Of a stretch of 64,000 bases of DNA, positions 47,537 to 55,774 are shown piece after piece (positions within the stretch are counted from its first letter, which is position 1; every line of letters starts with the position of its first letter). The DNA lies in sequence record PP496443.1; one strand, given 5' to 3'. The position numbers were made by a program, and so were the translations under genes. Below the pieces are notes generated by a model. That model searched no databases. It was not told the DNA's origin and worked only from the letters and a program-made list of their open reading frames with translations.

Positions 47537-47563
47537 TCGTGTGCTATAATGGCACCATGGCAC
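47519..47563 (+). promoter_or_regulatory. Sigma70-type promoter P2, near copy of P1
   Basis: TAGTTGCACGGG...GTGTGCTATAATGGCACCATGGCAC; TTGCAC-17-TATAAT. Confidence 0.8.
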
Positions 47564-47618
47564 CAGCCATGCCCGGAAACATTGAACTTCCGGCCACTGT
47601 CCCAAGAGGAACTGCTCC

Positions 47619-48089
47619 ATGATCAATCAAGAACTGCAAGTAACCGGCACCACTCCAGCAGTGGACGGCTATCAGGTTGAAGTGAACGATACCAAGCACG
47701 GTTTCCACTTCCGTCTGCGCCACGTCCCTACTGGCCGGGTAACGCACTGGGCAGGTTACCAGAGCATCGTCATGCTGGACGATATCGCCGCGACCACCGG
47801 CTACTATGGCGGTGCCGGTGAAGATCTGGTCCCCCGTTCCGCTGCAGACATCCTGCGTCAGTTCGCTGTGCAAGACGTCACCATCAAGTTCGGCGATGAG
47901 TTCACGGAAGCAGGTGACGAGCTGGCAAACAGTGCACTGGACTCTGACGGTGTGGATCAGGAGTTCACGGAAAAGATGGCGAGCGTACTGTCCGGGTCCG
48001 GCGCGGTGCTGGAGAACATGTCTGACGATGACTTCGCCGCTGGCATGAAGGCTTTCGACGCGGCTACTCCGCTGACGAAGAAGAACTGA
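47619..48089 (+). CDS. Hypothetical early protein
   Basis: Preceded by P2 and the CCACTGTCCCAAGAGG leader. Confidence 0.7.
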   Translation: MINQELQVTGTTPAVDGYQVEVNDTKHGFHFRLRHVPTGRVTHWAGYQSIVMLDDIAATTGYYGGAGEDLVPRSAADILRQFAVQDVTIKFGDEFTEAGDELANSALDSDGVDQEFTEKMASVLSGSGAVLENMSDDDFAAGMKAFDAATPLTKKN

Positions 48090-48097
48090 TACCCACT

Positions 48098-48115
48098 GGG
48101 GACCGCAAGGTCCCC
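48098..48115 (+). other. GCAA-tetraloop hairpin, copy 3
   Basis: GGGGACC-GCAA-GGTCCCC, intergenic. Confidence 0.7.
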
Positions 48116-48142
48116 TACCCCTACCCCGAAGAGGATTGCATC

Positions 48143-49339
48143 ATGGCCCGAGTCAACACTGCCCGCTACGCTTCCCAACTACAGAATCTGGAAGGCGTCA
48201 CCATCCAGATCATTCCATTGGGTGAAGCAGGGGATAAAGCCCCCGTCAGTCCGATGATGGACGCTTACTTCTGGACCCGCAAGCTTCCAGACAACGCCAC
48301 GCTGCGCCAGTTGATCAACCGCATTCGTACTTCGTCTGGTCACGTCAAACAAGGCGACGAAGCACAGGGCGCACCAGGTCATGTGTTGTTGGTCGGTAAG
48401 CACAACTGCCAGCTTCAGGTGTTCACGGCCAAAGGGTCGCCGTTAACCAAGAAGGAAATGTCGGTCGCCACTATCACCATGGGGCAGCTTCGCAAGCAGA
48501 CTGTCCCGGCCAAGCCTACCCAGTCCCAGAAGCTGGACAAGTATCAAGGCAAGGTCGTTCGTAAGGATCACGTTGCGTCGGCCAAAGGATCGATGGAACA
48601 GATAAAGAAAGACGATCCAGAGCTGTATGCAGCAGCGACCGGCAAGACGTTCGATCCGGCCAAAGCCCAGACTGCCGCGAAAGCTTCGACGATGGACGCC
48701 ATCACCGGCATGCTCGCCCAGTTCTCTAACAAGCCCCGCAAGGGTGAGAAGAAAGCGGACACGCTGCCTATCGACCCTAAAGAAGCCGTGCAGTTCCTTC
48801 TACAGCACTGGCACAACACCGGTGGCCCGAAAGAGGTTAGCACCACGGTGTCGAAGGAAGGTGCCCAGTTTGTCGATGACATGTACAACAGCTCGTATCC
48901 CGAGATGATGCAGGATGTAGGCCACCCGCCTACTGAATACCTTCTCAAGTTCTGGGAAGTGAACCGCTACCGCTTCGGCATCGGCCACCCGGTTAAGATT
49001 CCACCCGCTGATCTGCCGGTCAAGTCCACGATGATGGGTAAGGTGTTGTGGCTTGGTGGTAAGCAGAAGAGCGTGATCAAGAAAGTCGTATCGCGTCAGC
49101 TACCGGGTCGTCCAGAGGGTGAGCGTACCGAGTTCGCCATTACGGTGTCGGGTGAAGAGGTGCAAACCCGTCATCTGATCAAGCACAAGGGCGACTCGTA
49201 CCAGATCAATGACTTGGCAATCATCTCGGATGGCATCCTCCGTCCTGAGACGTCAACGGTCACTCCGAAGCCCGGCCCTACCAAACCGAAGAAGCCCGCG
49301 CTGGAAATCAAAGCCAAGAAGAAAGGTAAGACGAAATGA
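48143..49339 (+). CDS. Lys-rich multidomain hypothetical protein
   Basis: GAGGA SD; long ORF. Confidence 0.7.
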   Translation: MARVNTARYASQLQNLEGVTIQIIPLGEAGDKAPVSPMMDAYFWTRKLPDNATLRQLINRIRTSSGHVKQGDEAQGAPGHVLLVGKHNCQLQVFTAKGSPLTKKEMSVATITMGQLRKQTVPAKPTQSQKLDKYQGKVVRKDHVASAKGSMEQIKKDDPELYAAATGKTFDPAKAQTAAKASTMDAITGMLAQFSNKPRKGEKKADTLPIDPKEAVQFLLQHWHNTGGPKEVSTTVSKEGAQFVDDMYNSSYPEMMQDVGHPPTEYLLKFWEVNRYRFGIGHPVKIPPADLPVKSTMMGKVLWLGGKQKSVIKKVVSRQLPGRPEGERTEFAITVSGEEVQTRHLIKHKGDSYQINDLAIISDGILRPETSTVTPKPGPTKPKKPALEIKAKKKGKTK

Positions 49340-49581
49340 GTCGGTTCAAAATGATGTACGGTAACGTCAAGGTGTGGGGCATGTTCATTCTGGCTATCCT
49401 CCTTGCCGTGATCGCCGCCGTCATATGGCTGATTGGTGCCGGTATGGTGCTCGTAGGACGCGCAGGCCGGGTTTTGCAGCGCATCGGTGCCGGGAGTTGG
49501 GGCGCGAGCGCTAATGCCAGTGAGCACAGCCTCAGCATATACAACCGCATCCGGCCTAAGAAGCCTAACGACCCGTCTTGA
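49336..49581 (+). CDS. Small membrane protein
   Basis: ATGA overlap; long hydrophobic span. Confidence 0.55.
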   Translation: MSRFKMMYGNVKVWGMFILAILLAVIAAVIWLIGAGMVLVGRAGRVLQRIGAGSWGASANASEHSLSIYNRIRPKKPNDPS

Positions 49582-49592
49582 CCCCATCCACT

Positions 49593-49618
49593 AAGACACC
49601 GGTAAATGAGCCGGTGTC
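49593..49618 (+). promoter_or_regulatory. GGTAAATGA motif presented in the loop of a GACACCGG/CCGGTGTC hairpin
   Basis: 8-bp inverted repeat enclosing TAAATGAG. Confidence 0.55.
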
Positions 49619-49639
49619 CTACCGCTTACCGAGGTAACC

Positions 49640-49963
49640 ATGAGTACGCCAGACACTGACCAAACCACTGCGGATGTCGAGGCAGTTGTTGTTCGACTTG
49701 AACGTGGGAATGATAAAGACGGAAACCCCGTTCATTACTTCCTGACGTACCGAGGCAAGGATGTTCCGATGGGTGAACGTGAGGTTCGTACCACGGCCAA
49801 CATCAAGCACGCCTTCCGCTTCAACACGGAAGATGAGGCAGTCGCTGCCACGCAGTCGGAAGGCTTCCAGCAGTTGGTAGCCAAGATCAACCGGTCCGGC
49901 CCCGGTGTCACCAACGTGACAACGCCGAAGATGAGCATTCGTTACGCTCTGCTTCCTGAATAA
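49640..49963 (+). CDS. Hypothetical protein
   Basis: GAGGT SD. Confidence 0.65.
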   Translation: MSTPDTDQTTADVEAVVVRLERGNDKDGNPVHYFLTYRGKDVPMGEREVRTTANIKHAFRFNTEDEAVAATQSEGFQQLVAKINRSGPGVTNVTTPKMSIRYALLPE

Positions 49964-50013
49964 CCAAACCCAATCTCAATAGCAACATCTAAAGTCCCGA
50001 TAGGAGTTACACC

Positions 50014-51669
50014 ATGACCGTTCCAGCACGATTCGCAGCAGCAGAAGCAAAACTTTACGTCGGCAACAAGGCTGACAACATCCGCATCCAGCTGAAAGGC
50101 AACTTTGCCTTGATTCAAGGCTGGAAGGACGACAAGGAAGATACCGAAGTTGCCCGCGAGGAATTCAAGACCGCCAAGGATTTGACTGACCTGATCCAGT
50201 CGGCCCGCAACGAAGTCAATGCCCCCGACGGCCAGATTCGTGTGGTCAGTGACGACGCCAGCATCATCGTCATCAATCTGGACACGGAAGCGGAAGAGAT
50301 CAAGGGATTCGGAAAGTCTGGCGCCAAGCTGTTGGACGCTCTGATCACGCTGGCTAAAGCGGAAGAAATCGAAGGTGAAGCGGCTCGCGGTCAACTTGCA
50401 GATAAATTGGCCGAAGCGTTGGCTAAACCTGAATCGGAGAAAGACGAAGCCGCCGTGGAAACCGTAGCAGGCAAGTTGACTACGGCCCCCGCCACTGGCA
50501 CTGACCTTGTCGGAACTCCGCTCAACTCCCCGGTACAAGGCGCGGGTATCGATCTGAAGCAGGAAGCTGACGCACAGGGCGACGAACTCGGTTTGGTCGA
50601 AACCATGGAAGAGCAATTCCAGCACCCCGGTCTGGTGCATCGCTTCGGCTTCCCGGCTGGCATCACTCTGGGTGGCGCCGTGGATGTGACCCTGCCAGAT
50701 GGTAGCGTTACCGAGCACTACACTTTCTCTGACATGGACGGTGACCCCGCCGACGACAGCGCTGAAGGTACCGTGTTCGTCGAAGTGCGTACCTACGCCA
50801 CGGATGCAGACGAGGAAGCGGAAGACGATCGCATCTCGCTGGAACTGCCGACCCTCACTGCGATCAATCGTCTGCTCAACCTGATCGAGACGTACGGCGA
50901 CGAACTGAAATTCAACATGGTGTCTTTGCTGACGCTGGACGTGCCCGCACTGGAACTGGAGTATCGCTACGCCCCGGACAAAGGCAAGCTGACCAGCAAG
51001 ATCCGTGTCGAGTTCGCCGAAGCCTTCATCGCAGACCTTCGCGCCATCGCTGTACCAACGTACACCCCGTTCGATCTGCGCATGCACGGCGAGTTCAGCT
51101 ACGAAGACTTCGCCCACGTCACCAGCAACTACGCAGCCTCGTTGAGCGCTCGCTGCCGCAACTCTTCCCCGGCGTCTGTCCTGACTGGCAAGATCGAACT
51201 TATCGGCTGGGCCAGCCTCACGGATGATGCAGGGGAGTCTTCTACACTGATGTTCGACGGTGCATCCGCCAGCAACTCCCAAGGTGATGAAGTGACCATG
51301 CAGGTAGCAGTGGCCCAACTGCTCGCCGCCGACAAGATCACGTTCTTCCCCGACACCCGCTTGATGAAGATCGCCAAAGCGTCCACCGCCAAGGACAAGT
51401 CTTTCGGCCCGGAAGCACTGACAGGTATGGCGGTCAAGCTTAACGGCAAGGATGAAGGAATCATCTACACCACCAAAGGCTTGGGCACCCTGCTCAACAA
51501 CTTCCATCAGACCCAAGTGGCCGCAGTCACCGAGGAAGTTAAGAAGGTGAACGAGCTGGTTGATACCGAACTCAGCATCGTCTTGAGCGAGCTGATGGTT
51601 GATCTGCCGCAGGACGTCCCTGAGAAGAAGATCAAGTCGGTCCAAACCAAGCCTCGCATCATTAAGTAA
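50014..51669 (+). CDS. Large acidic hypothetical protein
   Basis: AGGAG SD; strong codon bias; no recognisable motif. Confidence 0.7.
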   Translation: MTVPARFAAAEAKLYVGNKADNIRIQLKGNFALIQGWKDDKEDTEVAREEFKTAKDLTDLIQSARNEVNAPDGQIRVVSDDASIIVINLDTEAEEIKGFGKSGAKLLDALITLAKAEEIEGEAARGQLADKLAEALAKPESEKDEAAVETVAGKLTTAPATGTDLVGTPLNSPVQGAGIDLKQEADAQGDELGLVETMEEQFQHPGLVHRFGFPAGITLGGAVDVTLPDGSVTEHYTFSDMDGDPADDSAEGTVFVEVRTYATDADEEAEDDRISLELPTLTAINRLLNLIETYGDELKFNMVSLLTLDVPALELEYRYAPDKGKLTSKIRVEFAEAFIADLRAIAVPTYTPFDLRMHGEFSYEDFAHVTSNYAASLSARCRNSSPASVLTGKIELIGWASLTDDAGESSTLMFDGASASNSQGDEVTMQVAVAQLLAADKITFFPDTRLMKIAKASTAKDKSFGPEALTGMAVKLNGKDEGIIYTTKGLGTLLNNFHQTQVAAVTEEVKKVNELVDTELSIVLSELMVDLPQDVPEKKIKSVQTKPRIIK

Positions 51670-51727
51670 TTCAAGCAAGGACAATCAGGCCATGGATGGC
51701 ACTCACGGACAACGCAGGGTTAGTAAA

Positions 51728-52480
51728 ATGAAGGTTTCTACGAAACGACGTATTCTCTACTGGGCACCATCGGTACTGGTTCTGCTGGCGTCAATGTCAC
51801 TGGTCGGTCTCGCTGCCCACGCCAACACCGCGCGAGCTGATGAGATGGCGCCACCTATGAACTCTGAAGTTCACCGGGCAGCAATGTCGGTACAAGCGGC
51901 GCAGGGGTTCAATGGTAATGCCAGCCCACTGACGCTGGATCGCCAGGCCTATCCGTCGGACGTCAAAGCCAAGATGGACGAAGTGATGCGTCAGTGTCCA
52001 GTGGACGGCTCGCTGAAACAGGTGCGACTGTTCCGCTATTCGGAAGGTGAAGTCCCCTCCCCGAGTATGTTCGACGCCATCTGTAGTTTGCTGGTTCTGC
52101 CACCCGACGTATACCACAAGACTGATCCGATGCAGTGGCGCAAGTTCACGCAGAAGGTTACCCCGGTCAGCGCCGAGATCCTGATCGAAGTGGATTCGAG
52201 CAAGCCTCAGGATGAGAAGGCGCGCTTCCTGTTTCAGCAGGTGCTGAACAATCCCGACTGGTTCCAACTGGTCGAAGTGAAAACCATGAAGGTGAAGGGC
52301 ACTGCGCTGGAGCGTACAGTGATCTTCCAGATCCAGCAATCGGTAGGTGTGTATTACGACATGCTGGCGGCGTACGTTAGCCAACAAGGTAAGCCTGTCG
52401 TCGAACCCGTCCCGACTATCCAGAGTGGGAGCCGCAGCACGGACAACCGACCCATCACCATGTTGACCGAACAGAAGTAA
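51728..52480 (+). CDS. Secreted or membrane-anchored hypothetical protein
   Basis: Basic-hydrophobic N-terminus; alternative start at 51692. Confidence 0.6.
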   Translation: MKVSTKRRILYWAPSVLVLLASMSLVGLAAHANTARADEMAPPMNSEVHRAAMSVQAAQGFNGNASPLTLDRQAYPSDVKAKMDEVMRQCPVDGSLKQVRLFRYSEGEVPSPSMFDAICSLLVLPPDVYHKTDPMQWRKFTQKVTPVSAEILIEVDSSKPQDEKARFLFQQVLNNPDWFQLVEVKTMKVKGTALERTVIFQIQQSVGVYYDMLAAYVSQQGKPVVEPVPTIQSGSRSTDNRPITMLTEQK

Positions 52481-52515
52481 CATGAAACACCCACTGTCCC
52501 AATGAGGTATCTACC

Positions 52516-52878
52516 GTGAATAAGTTTACCGATTTCAAAAAGGAAGGCCAGACAGTACGTATGCTCCCCGACTGGCCTGCTAAGCCTGCGTTCGTTCGTC
52601 TAAAGGAAAGACCGGATACAGATGATCTAATCCCTGTTGACTTCTCCTGTACACTGATGTCACTGCCTAAGTCTTTCACCCTCCCGATTGTGACTGAAGA
52701 TGGTAGCCACCACGTACTACGAACGGGCATCAAGGCCTACGCTCGCATCGCTGCTTTCATTCAGATGAGTGGCCCCTTCAAGGGTAAGGATGTGGGCTTC
52801 CGTGCGCAGGCTGATCAAGCCCGTGCTTTCAAGCTGGCCGACCTGGTACAGCGCAACATGATCAAGTACGGGAAATAA
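52516..52878 (+). CDS. Hypothetical protein
   Basis: Preceded by the CCACTGTCCCAATGAGG leader; GTG start. Confidence 0.65.
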   Translation: MNKFTDFKKEGQTVRMLPDWPAKPAFVRLKERPDTDDLIPVDFSCTLMSLPKSFTLPIVTEDGSHHVLRTGIKAYARIAAFIQMSGPFKGKDVGFRAQADQARAFKLADLVQRNMIKYGK

Positions 52879-52881
52879 GAC

Positions 52882-53913
52882 ATGCGCAATCAAGACATGG
52901 ACAAAGTGGAACTGCACGTAGCAGTGACCGATGAGATTCAAGGTGCTTTCACCGACGGCACAAAAGATTACCGGGGTTGCACACGCGAACGTATCGAAGA
53001 TACCCGTGCCCTGATCAAACGGTCTTACGTGTCGCTGCGTGAGGTTGGTTACTGGCTGGTCAAAGCGTTCGGTGTGGAGACTGCCCATGACAAGAAGGAG
53101 CGTGTCTACCGCTTCACCGAGGAAGCTCTGGAGCTGGGGCAAGCCACGGGACTGACAAAGGAAGAAGCACTGGCGCTGGTGGACTACGTATTCGAACGTG
53201 AAGTGGGTGAGATCAAGCAGGAGGTAGGTGGCGTGATGACCACTCTTGCGGCACTGTGCTTCGCCCACGAGATCGATCACCACGAATGCGGGCGCATCGA
53301 GCTGGACCGCGTGCAAGATCCTGCCGTGCTGGAGAAGATCAGGATCAAGCAAGCCAACAAGAAGATTCGCAGTCCGCTGCCGGGCATCGTGAAAGAGGAG
53401 TGTCAAGCGGAACCGGCACTCAAGGGTTTCGACCCTGTGTGTTCCTGCAAGGAATGTGAGGTTATTCGATACGGCCATCGACACCCTAAGCCGCAGAAAC
53501 AAGCGGTGTCCTACGTGGAAGACGTGATCGACAAGTTGAAATCCGATCAGGTGGCGGGGCATACCGGGGTTACTGTGGTGGTCGTCCGCACCCTGATGGC
53601 GATTAACCGGATCAGGGAAGCCATGGAAGATAAGGGCACCGTGTGCGTCGTAAGAAAGATGGGGGACTTTGAAGGAGCAATGGGCAGTGTTGAAGGGTTA
53701 AGGGAAGGAGAGCAACTGTACATTGTAGGCACCAAGGGTATACTGTGTGCCGGATGGTCGCTGATCACCCCCTTCGAGGTTCGCGTGTACAGCACCTGCC
53801 CGCTAGGGGATGACCACTACGTCCAGCTGATGGCGCGCTGGTTCAAAGACGGAGTGCGGACACTTCCGGTCTACCACTATGTTCCGGGCCGCACAGACAA
53901 TCCCGGACTGTAG
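52882..53913 (+). CDS. Protein with a MazG-like NTP-pyrophosphatase domain
   Basis: RFTEEALEL..and..IKQEVGGVMTTLAAL follow the EExxE / ExGD-like helical pattern (Asp replaced by Gly). Confidence 0.5.
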   Translation: MRNQDMDKVELHVAVTDEIQGAFTDGTKDYRGCTRERIEDTRALIKRSYVSLREVGYWLVKAFGVETAHDKKERVYRFTEEALELGQATGLTKEEALALVDYVFEREVGEIKQEVGGVMTTLAALCFAHEIDHHECGRIELDRVQDPAVLEKIRIKQANKKIRSPLPGIVKEECQAEPALKGFDPVCSCKECEVIRYGHRHPKPQKQAVSYVEDVIDKLKSDQVAGHTGVTVVVVRTLMAINRIREAMEDKGTVCVVRKMGDFEGAMGSVEGLREGEQLYIVGTKGILCAGWSLITPFEVRVYSTCPLGDDHYVQLMARWFKDGVRTLPVYHYVPGRTDNPGL

Positions 53914-53968
53914 TTCTTAATTACAGCGGTCCACTACGGGCTTTATACAATCCGATGGAGATAAGATC

Positions 53969-54487
53969 ATGGCTTCGAAAAAGCGTGGCAACACCCCCGT
54001 TGCAGAATCCACTGGCGCGGGTACGCCGGTCACCGAAAACGAAAAGACTTCACCCAACCTGATTCAGACCCAGATTCCTTCGGCTGAGTCCAGTGCGGAG
54101 AAGATCGCTGAGTCCGATGTTGCGCCGACCGGTGAACCCGTTCAAGAGCGACACGAAGGCCAGCACGAAGATTCGATCAGCTCGGAACAAGTTGGTGATC
54201 TGGCTTCCATCATGGGCAACGGAGACACCGCCAAGCAAGACGCCCCAGTGGAACAAGATCAGTCCGAGGACACCCAATCGGAACCGCGTCAAGAAGCTAC
54301 CGAAGCCGGTATCGCACTGGCCGACAAGATCTCGGAACTGGAAACCAACGGTGACACCGCTGAAGAGCTGCGCCACAAAGTCAGCGGCGAAGGTGGCATC
54401 ATGGATCAGTTGAACAAGCTGGCTGAAGGTAGCGAGCGTGAAGAGCTGACCCAGCGTGCACAAGCAATTCTGGTTAACCGCGTCTAA
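53969..54487 (+). CDS. Acidic low-complexity hypothetical protein
   Basis: GGAG SD. Confidence 0.65.
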   Translation: MASKKRGNTPVAESTGAGTPVTENEKTSPNLIQTQIPSAESSAEKIAESDVAPTGEPVQERHEGQHEDSISSEQVGDLASIMGNGDTAKQDAPVEQDQSEDTQSEPRQEATEAGIALADKISELETNGDTAEELRHKVSGEGGIMDQLNKLAEGSEREELTQRAQAILVNRV

Positions 54488-54500
54488 ATCTTCGGCGCGC

Positions 54501-54542
54501 AAAAAACCCCACTCGCGTACATCACGGGTGGGGTTTTGTTTT
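54501..54542. terminator. Bidirectional intrinsic terminator
   Basis: AAAAAACCCCACTCG/CGGGTGGGGTTTTGTTTT between convergent genes. Confidence 0.8.
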
Positions 54543-54628
54543 ATCTGCAGTACGGCTTCGCAGGCTAGCGTGTGGGCGCGTTGGCTATCCCAGCCCGGTC
54601 GATATGGCCCCAAGCCGGGGTAAACCCA

Positions 54629-54647
54629 CCTGCGTGATCCTACGCGG
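54629..54647. repeat. 19-nt repeat CCTGCGTGATCCTACGCGG, copy 2
   Basis: Exact match to 13995-14013; overlaps the endolysin stop codon. Confidence 0.85.
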
Positions 54648-55314
54648 CCAGTGCGGAAGCGGCGATATCCCACAAACGCTTCCGGTCGTCCGCGCCGATC
54701 TGACCGCCGTTGATGGCCTGGGTCACATCGAAGAAGCGCCCGGCATCAGCCAGCTTGTTGCAGTTGTTCTCATCCCAGTAGTCGGCAGCTGCCATGAAGC
54801 CTGCTTCGGGCAACGCCAGCAGATCCGGGTTGTTGATAAGGGGGATACCCAGCTTGTTCTGCAACTTGAGGTACTCCGCTTTGCCGGTACGCATGATCGG
54901 GCAACGACCTCGGTACTTCCACCCGTCACCACTCGCCTCGTCGCCGTTACCCATACGGTTCGCATAACAGTTGTTGGCGATGGCCTGGGGTTTGCGCGCC
55001 AGCTTGATCGCCAGTGCGTTAGGTGCAACGCGTACTTGCCCTTTGTCGTTGGTGATCTTGACGCGCTTGCCATTAGCGTCTACCAACCCGTAGCGAGTCG
55101 GCCAGGTGTTTGCCAATCCGTCGGCGCTGTAGTTCAAGCCTTCCTCGAACTTGGCAAGGTCACCCGACTCATGGTCGATCTGGCCGAGGAACATCGCCAT
55201 GCGTTGCTTGTTAAGGCTGATCAGGTACTTGTCCATGGCAGCTTGCAGTGGCTTAAGATAAGCCATGGGCGCCGACGGGAAGATTTTCTTGAATTGCAAT
55301 TCAGTAAGCAGCAT
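54640..55314 (-). CDS. Glycoside hydrolase family 19 endolysin
   Basis: MAMFLGQIDHESG, EEGLNYS, GWKYRGR and TQAINGG; start moved to ATG 55314 (GGAG 9 nt upstream). Confidence 0.85.
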   Translation of the reverse strand: MLLTELQFKKIFPSAPMAYLKPLQAAMDKYLISLNKQRMAMFLGQIDHESGDLAKFEEGLNYSADGLANTWPTRYGLVDANGKRVKITNDKGQVRVAPNALAIKLARKPQAIANNCYANRMGNGDEASGDGWKYRGRCPIMRTGKAEYLKLQNKLGIPLINNPDLLALPEAGFMAAADYWDENNCNKLADAGRFFDVTQAINGGQIGADDRKRLWDIAASALAA

Positions 55315-55642
55315 GGGGTACATCTCCATTGTTCAGGGTAGACAACATTGCCTGCCAGTCTCCGGTGTTGGGCATTCCATCTTCATGGAACCGGAGGGGC
55401 ACGACGGGGTGAATGGATAAGGCGTGGTCACGCATCCGCAGCAGAATGGTATCGATGGCCGTGTCAACGGACTCACCTCGGTATTCCATTCGTTGCAGTA
55501 TCTCTTCCCGGAACATACGGAACTGCTCCGGTGGGAAGTTGTACTCAAGACATCGGGCGTGGATGTCAGCCTTATTCCTCTGGTAGTACGTGACCATTGC
55601 GGTAACCCTCGGACATCTGGGGGTGTTGCGTGTTTTGCTCAT
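55301..55642 (-). CDS. Hypothetical protein co-oriented with the endolysin
   Basis: GGAGAGGGAG SD; overlaps the endolysin start. Confidence 0.65.
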   Translation of the reverse strand: MSKTRNTPRCPRVTAMVTYYQRNKADIHARCLEYNFPPEQFRMFREEILQRMEYRGESVDTAIDTILLRMRDHALSIHPVVPLRFHEDGMPNTGDWQAMLSTLNNGDVPHAAY

Positions 55643-55774
55643 TGCTCCCTCTCCATGAGGTGTGCTAAGTGGATGACGGACAGATTAATAATTATTTTGA
55701 TGTCAGCTGGAATTACGCAAATGGCAGGCTGTAAATAGCTGTAAAATCCAACCACCAATAGCAAGGACCTTAGC

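Noticed and set aside
50014-51669. Sliding clamp or capsid protein identity for the 551-aa acidic protein
   Set aside because: No motif recognised; left as hypothetical pending profile search
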